A stretch of 56,718 nucleotides of DNA, counting the filler, from Sluysia triapertura (lineage: Eukaryota), in the NCBI GenBank assembly GCA_046118255.1. It is 4 parts of 4 records of this genome, joined end to end, with 100 filler letters (N's around TTAATTAATTAA, not from the genome) between each part and the next. Parts side by side here need not be neighbours in the genome. Positions count along the whole stretch, not along the records: positions 25,695 to 44,141 come from JBJNIA010148608.1; positions 44,242 to 56,718 come from JBJNIA010105320.1; 2 more parts are not named here. One strand, written 5' to 3'. A program made the translations under genes and the position numbers. Numbering within the stretch: the stretch's first letter is position 1; the number at the start of each line of letters is the position of its first letter. Below, one piece after another: positions 39,301 to 56,718 of the stretch. The notes below the pieces were generated by a model, which did no database searches, had not been told where the DNA came from, and was given only the letters and a program-made list of their open reading frames with translations.

Positions 39301-40071
39301 GCAGATAGTCTGATTAAATTTGCCCAATCTAATTACTGTCCAAATAATTTTAGAGTATAGACATTTACATGATAAACTACAGGGATAATTAGAATTCTAG
39401 GCGAGCTGTCAAAATGGACGAAGGAGGCGGCATCAACGAGAACACTTTAATTCATTTATAATTAATATAATTTGTAGATTGCAATGATTTTATATATTAA
39501 GGATTCAGTCATTCTGGATTTTGTAAGTTGAGTGAAATTAGTGAAATTATGAGATGGAAGAAATGTTTGTTTGTTAATGAGTGTAACAAAAATGAGATGT
39601 ATAGCTGTAACATCACACGAGAAATAACCCGAAACTCTTTGAATACGGAAAGAGAAGTGTATCGAGAAATTCATAGTGAGAATTTACAATACGTAATCAG
39701 CGAAAAGAAGTTACGAGGATGCGAAAACAATATAAATGAAAATGAATTCTGATAAAGTTATAAATATTTGACAGCTGTTAATTTTGGACTACCAGTGAGT
39801 AATAAATTATTTATTGCAAATTCGAATATTGATAAATTATCGAAACCCCAATAACCTGGATTTGATAGATCGTACTTGTAGACTAGAGAAGTGAAACCTT
39901 GTCTTGGGTCCTCACAAAGTCCACCTAGTACGAATATTGAATCCCCTACTCGACCAAATCCATTGAATATGTGTCGATAATCAGACGGAATTGGTTCCAG
40001 AACTGCCCAATCATTAGCCCGGAAATCAAAACATTCGCAAGAATTCAAGGACTTTTTTTCGTGTCGTCCTC
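33312..40071 (-). CDS. Kelch-repeat protein, last three exons (5' part not found in window)
   Basis: Phase-1 exons 39856-40071, 37260-37352, 33312-33535 splice to GGRHEKKSLNSCECFDFRANDW...IFVLGG...VYKYDLSNPGKWSKMSNMLKPRADFG...LYVCGGIG...SVEKLEVTTNKW...MVGG...VA*. Confidence 0.88.
33662..33805 (+). mobile_element. Solo LTR (TGTTG...CAACA) with partly deleted tRNA-like sequence
   Basis: Perfect 5-bp terminal IR. GGGCTGATAGCTCAGTGG...TCAGTCCA at 33736-33788. Flanks aaca/aaaa, a possible degenerate 4-bp TSD. No PBS. Confidence 0.7.
34400..34886. mobile_element. Tc2/pogo-type MITE, 487 bp
   Basis: TA-flanked TIRs CCGTGTTCCAGAAAATAAGAC / CCGTGTTTCCAGAATACAAGAC. Confidence 0.85.
35880..36067 (-). 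mobile_element. mariner (Mos1-like) transposase N-terminal HTH fragment
   Basis: FLWKYGMNARAIEQKINSVLGTGTVSARNCQR...GNFVVDDEERSGR. Confidence 0.85.
36300..36807 (-). mobile_element. pogo-family transposase remnant (psq HTH, CENP-B HTH, start of DDE_1)
   Basis: WKQEDMDEA / GFNEAHRQYNILKPTLRRH...FGRP...ELVTHVLSLE / ATSMARAKAFNKESVCGFFD...TADQIYSVDET. Confidence 0.85.
38250..38810 (-). pseudogene. Degraded BTB-BACK fragment nested in the Kelch gene intron
   Basis: ILHFQRERFLIDVAIKITDLEI*AH (BTB start) followed by MPFDLITMFVNDDKFSSNENIV...LADYFNVMRP (BACK-like). Confidence 0.4.
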
Positions 40072-40907
40072 CTGAAAGAAACAAAGTAATACAATGATAA
40101 GATAAAAAATAAAAAATATACATGCATAAATTCATAACATTTACAAATGTGATTGCATTCCATTTACAAATGTATGCACAAATACAAGCAGAATTAATAA
40201 CAATAGGACGGAGTATTAGGTATCATATTAGTATGTTTGATGACAACAGAATACAGATTCAGTTAGTTTCATCATTAATAGATCAAGCAGATCCCGATTA
40301 AAATTCAAATCATATTGAAAAGGTTTGTTACAAATAATGATTGTTTCAATGTCAATAAAATCGTATGCTAGTTGGACAGAAAAAGAACTAAAACGTGATC
40401 AAACAGCCAAATAAACTATAGCAACAAGACGGATGTAATCGAGTAAAAGTATATGGCTAATATTATAGTACGAATTATAATTAGTGTATTATAGTCATTG
40501 ACAATAGATCAGTATAAAAATGTCGAATGAAATATTCAAAGTAAATATTTGAATATCGATAATTCGAATGAATTATTTCTTTCTTATGTTTCATGTTCGA
40601 TGAATAAAAAGCATCTTTTGCAATTAGTTGTAGTGGGCTGCAGTCGCGACACAAGATGGACAGTTCTTTTTTTACATTAGACAGTTAAATGACACAATTT
40701 GCATGAAACAAATAAAAGTATTGATCAAGAAGTAAAAGCTTTCGAGACCTGTGCGAGAGAAGCAATAAAATATTAGAACTAATCTCTGAAGCTACTTTCA
40801 AAGATATCACATAAATTTTTTCAACGTCGTTTGTAAGTATATAATTCATCTGTCTCATAACTGCAGTCGATTTTATACTATCATTTTGATAATTATAGTT
40901 TTAACGA

Positions 40908-41067
40908 NNNNNNNNNNNNNNNNNNNNNNNNNNNNNNNNNNNNNNNNNNNNNNNNNNNNNNNNNNNNNNNNNNNNNNNNNNNNNNNNNNNNNNNNNNNNN
41001 NNNNNNNNNNNNNNNNNNNNNNNNNNNNNNNNNNNNNNNNNNNNNNNNNNNNNNNNNNNNNNNNNNN
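40908..41067. other. Assembly gap (160 N)
   Basis: N run. Confidence 0.95.
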
Positions 41068-41665
41068 TTATTTTATTTTATGTTAATCGCCTACTATTTA
41101 ACGAAACAAAGTCACAATAACAAATTTATAAAATTATTTCTGAATTCGTAAAATAAAGTTGAACAAAGTCTTAAGCTCGAATAGGTTTGATAAGCGCCGA
41201 ACTTTAAATTTAAAATGTTTTCTTTTAATAAAGATAAATCAAAAGGAACCTCGAGTTCGAATATATTTCTTCATTTCATAAGCCCTTATTAAAGCTACAT
41301 TGTCAAGGGCAATGAATTTAAACATGCTTCAAAATCAATGATATTGGTGCTGCTACACATAATATAATGTAGGATTCCGTTTATCAGAGTTGTTGCAAAG
41401 ACGAGGTTAGACTTAAATTAGATGGGTTAATTAAGAACATTATGCGTTCTTAAACTCGACTCCCCACACTATTGGATAACAGTGTTACATCCAATCATTG
41501 CAATGCAGAAATCGGAACTCTTTAATTTTAACCTTCTCCTTGTTTAAATCCATCTTGTAACTTATAACCACAATCGATCACAATAGGTTTACATAAATTT
41601 CATCGAGAATCCCAATATCAATAATTTAGCAAATTTGGAAACCAACATGAATATTTCATTAAGAC

Positions 41666-41666
<1 letters not shown>

Positions 41667-41730
<64 letters not shown>
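41667..41730. repeat. (AAT)n microsatellite
   Basis: Directly visible. Confidence 0.95.
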
Positions 41731-41944
41731 CTATACAGAATAATTCACAGTGATAATAAGAATTAAGTGATAGGTTGTATATCGTTTATATTTCAAAAAT
41801 ATACAACCAGTACTGGAAGATTATGAAATATTTAAGAAAAAGACAACGTTGTTTCTCTTTCAGAAATATTATAGTGAATGATGTATTTTAAGCGCCTTTG
41901 AGTACTTACTTTGTAGTAGATATGAGTCCGATATAAATTAATAA

Positions 41945-42006
<62 letters not shown>
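41945..42006. repeat. (ATT)n microsatellite
   Basis: Directly visible. Confidence 0.95.
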
Positions 42007-42504
42007 GCTACTATTAATTGAGATTATATTGTAGAGTTTAATGAGTTGAAATTTCATTGTAAATAGCAAATTAGATGCAAATAGTAAAATCTTGTTTAAA
42101 ATAATTATTATTTTGAGTTATTAAAATTTTTTATAAATTTATATATTAATATTTTGTAACTTGTTTCTATTTCGATTTTATTTAATAAAATTTGTAACCT
42201 TTGTTTTTTGTTATTTGAATTGAGTATGCAAAAGCTTTGATAATATTAAAAAATTGTTAAGCATTAAGAATATTTAAGAGTAAACCGTAGCAAATAATTA
42301 GTCTCTTGCCCAAGTAAACTATTTTCATTGTTAATAGGTATTATGCGTGACCTTGTAAGTAAAGCACCTTACATTTAGTAACTTAATTCTTAAGGCATCT
42401 TGAAGCAACGACTTGTGCGCATTTAAATCGTTGACTTCAAGGAAACCCGTTGATTAAAATCTATATTTGCTGGGATATAAGTTTTTTAAGAGAGATAAAA
42501 TACC

Positions 42505-42930
42505 AGCAATATAGAGGTAATATATAAAATCAAAATTTAGTAATAAATTAAAAGTAATCTTTTTAAATTGAGATTCTATAAGGATAATAAAAATCAAAAT
42601 TTATAAACATTAAACTTTATTATCATAGTTGATTGATAATAAAATAAAATCAATTAAAAATAGGATGAAATAGAAATAATATGAAATCAAAATTTAACAG
42701 CGCAATATTCGATCAAAGTCATTTTAAATTAAAGATTAGGCAGAATAAATGGAAATTATATGCATTTAAAATTCAAAAAATAATATGATGAAAATCATAT
42801 TAAACTGAAATTATATAGAAATAATATAAAATCAAAATTTAGTAACACGTAAAATAACTAATTGAACTGAAACTTAATAAACTTTATTATAAAATTATTT
42901 ATAAATAATAACTATATAAAATCTTTTTAT
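42505..42930. repeat. Degenerate AT-rich minisatellite
   Basis: Recurrent AAATCAAAATTT core and tagaaataatat motif. Confidence 0.6.
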
Positions 42931-43186
42931 TATGCATAATAATATTATACGTCTTATAATCTATAATTAAAGCAGATTATGTATGACTGTAGTTATTGAT
43001 TATTGATTTTGTCTTATTGGTGTACATAATTTATTAATTAGATTTTTATAAAGTAATTTTTAAAGATTTTAAAGAGATAGTTTAAATAATAAAAAATAAT
43101 AATATCGGTTCTATTTGGAAAACCAATCGTTTAGTACACAAATATTACGTGAAATCGACTCGCACCAGTGCAGAGATTATTTGGTA

Positions 43187-43306
43187 ATAGACTTTATCAC
43201 TTGTAATTCGAGTCGTGCTGATAGTTGAGTATACCTGCCTGCTCGTATAGACTTTATCACTTGTGATTCGAGTCGTGCTGATAGTTGAGTATACCTGCCT
43301 GCTCGT
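43187..43306. repeat. 60-bp tandem duplication, 59/60 identical
   Basis: atagactttatcacttgt(a/g)attcgagtcgtgctgatagttgagtatacctgcctgctcgt x2. Confidence 0.92.
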
Positions 43307-44011
43307 ACAGGCAAGATTATCAATTCTCGGTTCTATTCAACGAGTCTTTAAAGCTCATTTGAAATTAGCAAAACTACCACTATCAATTGTAAATTGTCTC
43401 AGAATTTATTTTAAGATTACTAAAATTATAATTATTATAATTATAATATTTGAATAAATCATTGTATTAGTTTATTTGTATTTGTAATTTGGGGAAATTG
43501 AGGATAAGACTCTCTCGAAATAAAATAAATTAAAGCATCTTTTAGGATGAAATTAAAATTTTGTAAAATGCGATAGTGTAGACAAAAGCTTAAATTAATT
43601 AAAATTAGTCAAAGCATAGTCAAATAAAATTAGAGTAAATCTAAAGTGTACAAAGTGAAATAAAGTTTAGAAAACAAAAAGAAATCCTCAAAATCTAAAA
43701 AACCTAAACAGAGTATAACTGTATAAATAAAGATAAGAACCTAAATTAATAAGGTTTGAAGAATAAATTAGTCTATCTCGAACAAATGAAACAAATAGAA
43801 AACATTCGACATTAAAAATAAATATTTCGAATCGAATAGGACTTTGAACAAAGTTAACATTAGTGCATAATTAATAAACATTGAGAAAGTACATAATAAT
43901 GCGGATATATTACCATATCACTAAATATTTAAGCTACATGATCGAATATTCATAAATAATTAACTTTTTTACACTACTATTACTACTCCAATTACTCAAT
44001 ACTATTTTTAC

Positions 44012-44014
<3 letters not shown>

Positions 44015-44055
<41 letters not shown>
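44015..44055. repeat. (ATT)n microsatellite
   Basis: Directly visible. Confidence 0.9.
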
Positions 44056-44141
44056 GCACTATTATTAAACATATGTGTAGTTATAAACATAATGCTACAC
44101 TTAAAAAAATTAGAGACGAATTTTTCCAAATGGGAAAGTTA

Positions 44142-44241
44142 NNNNNNNNNNNNNNNNNNNNNNNNNNNNNNNNNNNNNNNNNNNNTTAATTAATTAANNN
44201 NNNNNNNNNNNNNNNNNNNNNNNNNNNNNNNNNNNNNNNNN
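44142..44241. other. Assembly gap with artificial linker
   Basis: 44 N + TTAATTAATTAA + 44 N. Confidence 0.95.

Positions 44242-44315
<74 letters not shown>
44242..44315. repeat. (CTA)n microsatellite at contig end
   Basis: Directly visible. Confidence 0.95.
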
Positions 44316-44316
<1 letters not shown>

Positions 44317-44387
44317 AGTTACTACTACCATCTTCGATATCCGAAATTATAAAAATTATTAATTAATAAATTAATTTTATTGATTTT

Positions 44388-44730
44388 ATGGAAGAAAGTA
44401 ATATTAAAGTTTTAATTGAAACAATACTTGACAATGCTCTTAGCCAAGCAATATACGAACAAAGCATTGGTTTATTACTTCGTAATGTTTATTCAACAAA
44501 AAATTACAAAGACTTGTATTACGTAGATATTTCAAAAAATTATTATTCAAATATAGAAGCATTAAAGAAAATTTATTACTTATTAAAACATAATGGTTCA
44601 TTTGTAAAATAGTTGATATATCTCCAATCAAATCTCACAGTTTCTTAGTAAAACTCAATCTCGAACGGAACCTGATAGAAAACCTGTCAAGTATAAAAGT
44701 TGAATTTTTCAAGTACTTGAATCTCAATCA
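44388..44730 (+). pseudogene. Leucine-rich-repeat (LRRC23-like) fragment
   Basis: YKDLYYVDISKNYYSNIEALKKIYYLL resembles LRRC23 YIHLRYVDISENHLTDLSPLNYLTHLL. Frameshifted continuation FLVKLNLERNLIENLSSIKVEFFKYLNLNH. Confidence 0.45.
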
Positions 44731-45074
44731 TCGGGTTTCGATGTATAATGGAGATTTAGAAGAAACGAAATCCACGGTTGAATTAACTGATATCAGAATA
44801 TATACTAATCCCTTTATTATAATTTTTTATATTGTTTATTTCTTCAAAATAAATTTAAATTAAATTTCGCTGTATGTTTTTCTAGAATTTGATCTTTTGT
44901 TTATAGGCCTTAAGCCTATTTTGTTAATTAATTTGTTAATAGTTAATATTTATAATGTATTTGTTAATCTGTTGATAAAATTATTAAAAGCGAATACCAA
45001 AATCCACTCTATATGCTACGGTCGATTCCTCGGACATCTTGTGCACTTGAATTGCCAAAAAGCTTTGAGTTTAT

Positions 45075-45690
45075 AAATATGTTTCAAACATTCCTTCATT
45101 AAATAATATACATATTGAGAAGTCAGGACATCTTTTAATTTATGTAATGCCATTTTTGTTTATCATGTTCTAGTTCTGTTACTTGTTGTCTTATAACCTT
45201 CTTATATTTTTTAAAATAAATCTTTTTAATAATACATTTCCTTAATTAAATCTTGACTCTGAATTATCTTACGTATTATATGAATTCATAAATAACAATG
45301 GAATATTAACATTTATATTTATTAATTATAGAAACGTTAATTAAACGTTAGCTCAGTAATTAATTACATGAGTTCGATGCATATCATATGAACTTTAAGG
45401 CCACCATTTAATTTTGATACACTTAATTGATTAAAATAGTCTTTTATCAATTCACTATCAGCATCTCTGGAACGTATTTTTGTATAGTAAACAAATTTCA
45501 TTCCAATCAATTTCATTACCAGCTTCATCTAAATAATGTTTAAACAGAATTTTAAATACTTCGAATTGCTTTTCAATAATTTCACAATTTTGTAATAATT
45601 TCTAATTGTAATAACATTTCTAAAGCAATGCTTATTCTCATTTCTGCATCTAGCCATTTCTTTAAATTCTTCCATAAAGTCGCTACAGCT
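45075..45690 (-). pseudogene. UGP2: UTP-glucose-1-phosphate uridylyltransferase (UGP2) pseudogene fragment
   Basis: Colinear motifs FEVFKILFKHYLDEAGNEIDWNEI, FNQLSVSKLNGGL, NIPLLFMNSYNT* (cf. FRKLFHRFLQEKGPSVDWGKI, LNKLVVVKLNGGL, VPLVLMNSFNT), with frameshifts and stops. Confidence 0.72.
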
Positions 45691-46090
45691 TCTTCAATGA
45701 AATTTTGGTGCACTTAATTGTTGCATATTCACAAAATTTAACATTGTAACAATAAAATGGAATAAACTTTTTCTGATATTTTATATCAGTTAAATAAATT
45801 TATTTAATTTTTCGGTTATAAACGATTTCTAGTCTTTCTTTTATCAATTTAATTCTGACGAATTTTTATTTTATTAATAATATTGCCAAAATTTTATTTT
45901 TAATTTATTTCGTACCATGCTTAAAATTTTTATTGGCCAAATTTGCATCTAACAAGTTAAGTAACAAATTGTACTATTGCTTGTACATAAATTATTACGT
46001 AACGTGTAAAATTTTTTTCCTTTATTATTATCATTATTATTGTTATTAATTTATCTAGTTAATTTTTCGCTTATCATTTCCACATAATCC

Positions 46091-46163
46091 ACACATTATG
46101 AGCGGGTATTTTTAAGTACAGTCCATAAAACGGGTAATAATACCCGCCCCGCTCATAATGTGT
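46091..46163. mobile_element. Miniature inverted-repeat element (piggyBac-like end)
   Basis: Perfect 16-bp IR ACACATTATGAGCGGG, internal palindrome CGGGTA-ATAA-TACCCG, TTAA on the right side only. Confidence 0.55.
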
Positions 46164-47438
46164 TAACATACGCTTTAATACTTCAGTGATTTTTATGGTC
46201 TTTTACCTTGCGAAATTTAAACGAAAAACTACGAAGAATAAATACAATATAGCCACTCTGCTAACCAATGATTAGTGATAAGATATGACCTTAAACCCGA
46301 TTAACATGCATATCGAAATATTTAATTAAAAAAGGTGAATAAATCTCATCATTTTGTGCTTTTTCATCAATATAATAATGTAAATTTATTTGAGCAAAAT
46401 ATTATATTATTATTTAATAATTAACGCTACAACAAGTCATTGCGGTTAGTCACTATTGTAATGCTACTCTGCGAACTAATAAATCAGAACACATTTCTTA
46501 GCAATGAAGTTAAGACGGTGCTTATACATATAATAAATTCTGATACATAAGAATCGAGGAACTACTACAATATGATTTTAGTAATTTTGTCCTTATCCTC
46601 AAAAATTTCACGTTTATCTCATCCCGGATCACAGTATTAGAATATATTCCTGACAATCATAGTAACAGTTCAAGTAAGAGAGGTTACGGAATTTTCAATA
46701 AAACAAGTAAAACCATGGTTAAATTAATTGAAAATATTCATAATAGAAGGCCTTAAAGTGTCAAAAGTTTTGATTCTGGAAGCACATTATCAGTTAAAGA
46801 AAAATTTCATTTTTTAATGAAAAAAGTGAAAAAATATCTCACGAAAATTAACACTCGTCAAAAAAACCTATTCGATGTTTGGATCAAATATATACTATTT
46901 CAGAAAAAGTTTTTTTTATGCTGCTAGATTATTTTCTACAAAAAAAGATGACACACGTTTGGGCAAATTGTGCTGCTTTGTGAATTTACTTTTCAAAGGT
47001 TTTAAAATAGTTCTTTGTTATTTATATCATCTATCTCATATCATTTCATGTTTTTCACTGTTTATATTATTTTCACAGTGATATTTATAATCTAAAAGTT
47101 TGATGTGATAGAATAGAATATAAGGATAGACATTAGAAGATAATTAAAATTTTTAAACTTCAATTATCTTGATCAGTTTCGTAACATGGAATAGATATCT
47201 GTAGTAAATATTATATCTTTATTTGTAAATTACTTCAAAACTTCTTTCGCTCGAAAAATACCAAAAAGAGTAATAATAAAATAAAAGCGCCAATTTATTC
47301 GAGCAGTTAATTACTGAATATTTTTGGGCAAACATGCACAAAATTAAAAACTAGCAGTTTATACTCGATATCTGCTTATTTCGCACCTTTAAGAAATGAT
47401 GAATCGTGACTATTTTAATTCTAAAGTCTTTTTGAGTA

Positions 47439-48722
47439 CAGTTTTTACCCTCTTAATTTGGCCAAAAGTGGAGAACACCAAAAAATTAGCCAAAATCTAG
47501 AGGTTTGCTAAATATAGAATTTATATTAAAATAAAATTAAAAAAAGTAAATCTTTGTTTGTTCTTGTTTCATTCTTTGTATCGGACTTAAAATAAATGTA
47601 AATATAATTAGATCCCAAAGCTATTCGATGCTTTAATAAAGATGTTTTAAGAAACCTAAACAATTAACAAACTAAAGACATAAGATATAAAACTAAAATA
47701 AATAAATAAATAAATAAATAAATAAAAGCTTATAATGCCAGTATCTATAATTGCTTCCAAATCAAAATTGTTTGGTTGAAATGAATATTTCATATTATTT
47801 TTATAGATTTATAACTTCGATTGTTTGTATAAATTTCAATTGTACGTTTTATTCACTTTTATTTTTTCAACTTCTTCAATAAAACTAGATTTATTTTCAG
47901 AGTTGTTACAATCTCCTCCTTGAGCTTTATGCTCAATTTCATATTCTAATAATGTGTCGTTTTCACTACAAGTAATTAGCAAAAATTATCTTCCTCCATC
48001 GAATCTTGATTATCTGCTTTTGGAGAAATTATTTTCAGTCATCAATATTGGGCACATATCTCAACATTGTTTTCTGCTTCACATTTAGTTGAACCCCACT
48101 CTGCTGTTTTAAAGAATACTTTTGAAATCATCATAGCTAACATTTAAATTTAATTGTGCTTCCCCATGTAATTCTTTAAGATCAAAATGATGTCTGATAT
48201 TAAACTTTTGTAACCATTCCTGCAGAGCTTTAAATGCTTCTGCAAATTTTAAAGGTTTTTCAATAAATATTTTATCTGTAAATATTGCACCTTTAACCTC
48301 TAAATAATCTACCAATTCTATCCTGTAAGTGTCAATAATTCCATATTTTAATTCCCTTTCCTTAGGTTTGATCAAAAATGTACCTTCACTTTTTTAATAA
48401 TCTTGTTTTTGTTCAATTTCAAATTATTAATTGACTTACGTTAAATTGCTTTTTTTTAATTTGAATGAAAATATATCCGCTATTCTCCGCTTTGATCTAA
48501 AAGTAAAGAATTTAACTCAAAATTTCAATTTTTTCATCATCTGATAATGTTGTGTATTTTTCTCTTCTCATTACGGCTCAAAAATTTTTTTAAATTTATA
48601 CTAATTTGTGTTTACGTTCTTTTTAATATTACACAAACAATTTTGAAGTTAATTTATATAATACAAGGTCTAAAAATTTTTGGCCAAAAGCAGAATTTGG
48701 CCAAATTTAGAGGTTACTATTG
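47439..48722 (-). mobile_element. Tigger/jerky-like pogo transposon, internally deleted
   Basis: Imperfect TIRs CAGTTTTTACCCTCTTAATTTGGCCAAA / CAATAGTAACCTCTAAATTTGGCCAAA. CENP-B-type HTH: KYGIID...GAIFTDKIFIEK...FKALQEWLQKFNIRHHF..KELHGEA. Confidence 0.8.
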
Positions 48723-48998
48723 ATTTTTAACAAAATTTTTCTAAAATTGACAAAAATGAGATGTTGGTCAATAATCGTAATAAACTGCACAATTTTTAGT
48801 TCTAATATATATTTTTATACAAAAAATAATTCAGTTTTATTTCTGTATATCTAAACTAATCATATTTATCTTTTAGAATGTGTTTTGGATTGTCAGCCAA
48901 TAATGATATTTGATTTTATAATTTGAACATTTTATTATTGGTTTGAATTTAAAATAAAATGTAACAAAGCAACTTATATAATTATAATATTTAATTAG

Positions 48999-54562
<5,564 letters not shown>

Positions 54563-54898
54563 ACTTTTAAAAATATTTTTTAATCCATTATTGATTTTTT
54601 ATTACGACACCATAGTTATGATATTTACATAATTGGTGCGATTATTTAAATATACAATATCTATTTACTTTTATTATCAAATCACAATACTTAAAAGTAC
54701 CATAATCATAAAATGTCACATAGAAGTCAACTAAATAAATCAATATTATAATAATAATAATAATAATAAATAGAAAAATTATAAAAATATGATCATATTG
54801 TTTATTATTGTAAATAATAATGATATAAATAGGGAAATGTAGAAAACCTATCATTCAATTTCTGATTAGTAATACAAATCTTTTCTAAAAATGTAACA

Positions 54899-55875
54899 TC
54901 AGTTTGATAAAGCGTTTGAACTATTTCTGGAGCGATTTGAGTTTAATTTTGTACTTGACCAAGTACAAGCTTCGCCTTTTAATAATACTCTGTATCCTTG
55001 TAGCAAACACGGCCATATATGGTGGTTTACAAATGAACCCATATAATCTGAGTCATAACTTCTTCGATATTTATGCTGATCAAACATTTCGCCATCTGCA
55101 GTTTCTAATAAACTCAATCCATTCACTGTACCTCCAAAATTCCAAAACAATTGTATACATCGATCCATAAATCCATCTAAATCTTTAAAATTGAATCCAT
55201 TTAATAATTTATAATTGTAATATCGCTGACGTTTGCATTTTCTGTGTAACATTATATAAACGAGTTCCGCTTTTAAGTTTTTTAAATGACTTTTTGGTAT
55301 TACTTGTCGATATTCAAAATTACTATTGTGACTAAAAAACATGTTATGCATATATTGACCATTAACACCTTTGTATGCTTTAGATAAGGTTCGTTGAAGA
55401 TCCGATACAAGTTTTGCTGCTGTCATAACTAAAGCAAATATAATTCTTTGATTATTTTCATGATCATAAGCGTACTGTTTCAGTACATTCATAGCTTGTA
55501 TTGGTGATACACTGAACAAATCATTATATCGAACAACTAAACCTTGTAAATAAGTATCATTACAGATTTCTTCGATATCACTACCTCCACAAAAATCACC
55601 ATGGTTACTATTTTCTTCTACTCTAGTCATTTCTGGTGTATCTACCGATTTTGTCAAACCAGATACACTTCTACTGCTATTATTGTATTGCAAATTTTTT
55701 TATATCCGAAAAGTTCGGTAATGAATTCGAACGACATCCACTTAATAGTTTTTTCTTTTTTCGTCTTTGTTTTGGTGATGTTCGATTATTTCTTTCAGGA
55801 CTAGTTTCTTTGGATAATTCAATAACAGCTTCTTCTAATTCATTAAGACGTTGAGCTAAGTCGCTATTAAATGAT
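54899..55875 (-). CDS. SPATA18: Mitochondria-eating protein (Mieap/SPATA18), terminal exon with apparent 1-nt frameshift at 55695-55701
   Basis: [41 protein letters not shown] matches Mieap [23 protein letters not shown]...MKGEAVT. Acceptor at 55876-55877 with a coiled-coil-like upstream frame. Confidence 0.85.
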
Positions 55876-55898
55876 CTAAAAATTTGTATATTGTATCA

Positions 55899-55964
<66 letters not shown>

Positions 55965-55965
55965 T
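55899..55965. repeat. (ATT)n microsatellite
   Basis: Directly visible. Confidence 0.95.
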
Positions 55966-56718
55966 TAACTGCCAAACATATATCATTTGAGTGTTTAATT
56001 AAATATAAATGTTACTTTCAAATTATTTTCAGATGCTTATTAGAACCTGCAATAAATTTTACTCCAATCGGTGTGTTTACATAACACGCAACACTACGTA
56101 ATATTGTTGATCGGTTATTGCTTTAAAGTGCTTAAAATTATGCCGGCACCCATAAGGGTATTATAAAGACATTGATACAACCTACTTATATAGATATATA
56201 ATTAACACATAATTAATAGAAACAATTTTAATTAATATTGTTTAAATACATCGTACTTTATCATACAAATGGGTCTGATTTGATTTTGCCAGTTATTGTG
56301 ATCATTATGATTATGATTATGTGTTAGAATAATAATGGTAGAGTTTTATGATTTTATAAGATTTTATGTCTTTGATGATGGCTTCTACTTTACTAAAATT
56401 ATAAGATGATTAAGATGATTATTCTAACATTGATAATAATATGTGGTGTAAGAGATGGAAGTGCAGTTTTGTTTGATTAACGTTAAAATTCAAGGTCTTC
56501 TCCTTAAAATCAAATAATATAAACTAGACTCATTAAATGTTTCTTTATCAAATGTAAGTAACAAATACAAAGTCTACAAAATGTACTATACGTAGTTATA
56601 TTTTGGATGCTCGTAAATTTCTTTAAGTTTAAATTTAACACTTTAATTATTTTAAATGTTATTCTGATAAATATTAATGTAACTTAAATTATAAAATGTC
56701 AGTTATTTAAATACCTTT

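Noticed and set aside
40886-41086. 66-aa ORF
   Set aside because: Spans the N gap.

Overview
AT-rich eukaryotic (metazoan-type) genomic scaffold with spliceosomal introns and four assembly gaps, three carrying an artificial TTAATTAATTAA linker. Recognisable host genes: a near-complete MVB12 (ESCRT-I, MABP+UMA) gene with 29-50 nt introns (3015-3956,+); a disrupted SAPCD-like gene (-); the 3' three exons of a Kelch-repeat gene (-); the last three exons of an ABCC/MRP transporter (+); and the 3' exon of SPATA18/Mieap (-). The rest is transposon debris (IS630-Tc1, mariner, pogo/Tigger, Tc2-type MITE, piggyBac remnant and MITEs), eroded copies of housekeeping genes (prefoldin-3, gluconokinase, UGP2, LRRC23-like, BTB-BACK), and several decayed copies of an orphan, apparently membrane-anchored (env-like) ORF family. 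Two observations stand out. (1) A retrotransposon Gag relic whose leader ORF starts with an MGxxxS myristoylation motif and contains a complete ubiquitin-like domain ending LLGG, with an env-like relic downstream. (2) Two short TG...CA LTRs that each contain a tRNA-like sequence, one followed by a tRNA-Trp primer-binding site. All homology calls are by eye from remembered family motifs; no searches were run. Tiny introns and low GC would fit a compact-genome invertebrate (an orthonectid is one guess), but the taxon cannot be determined here.
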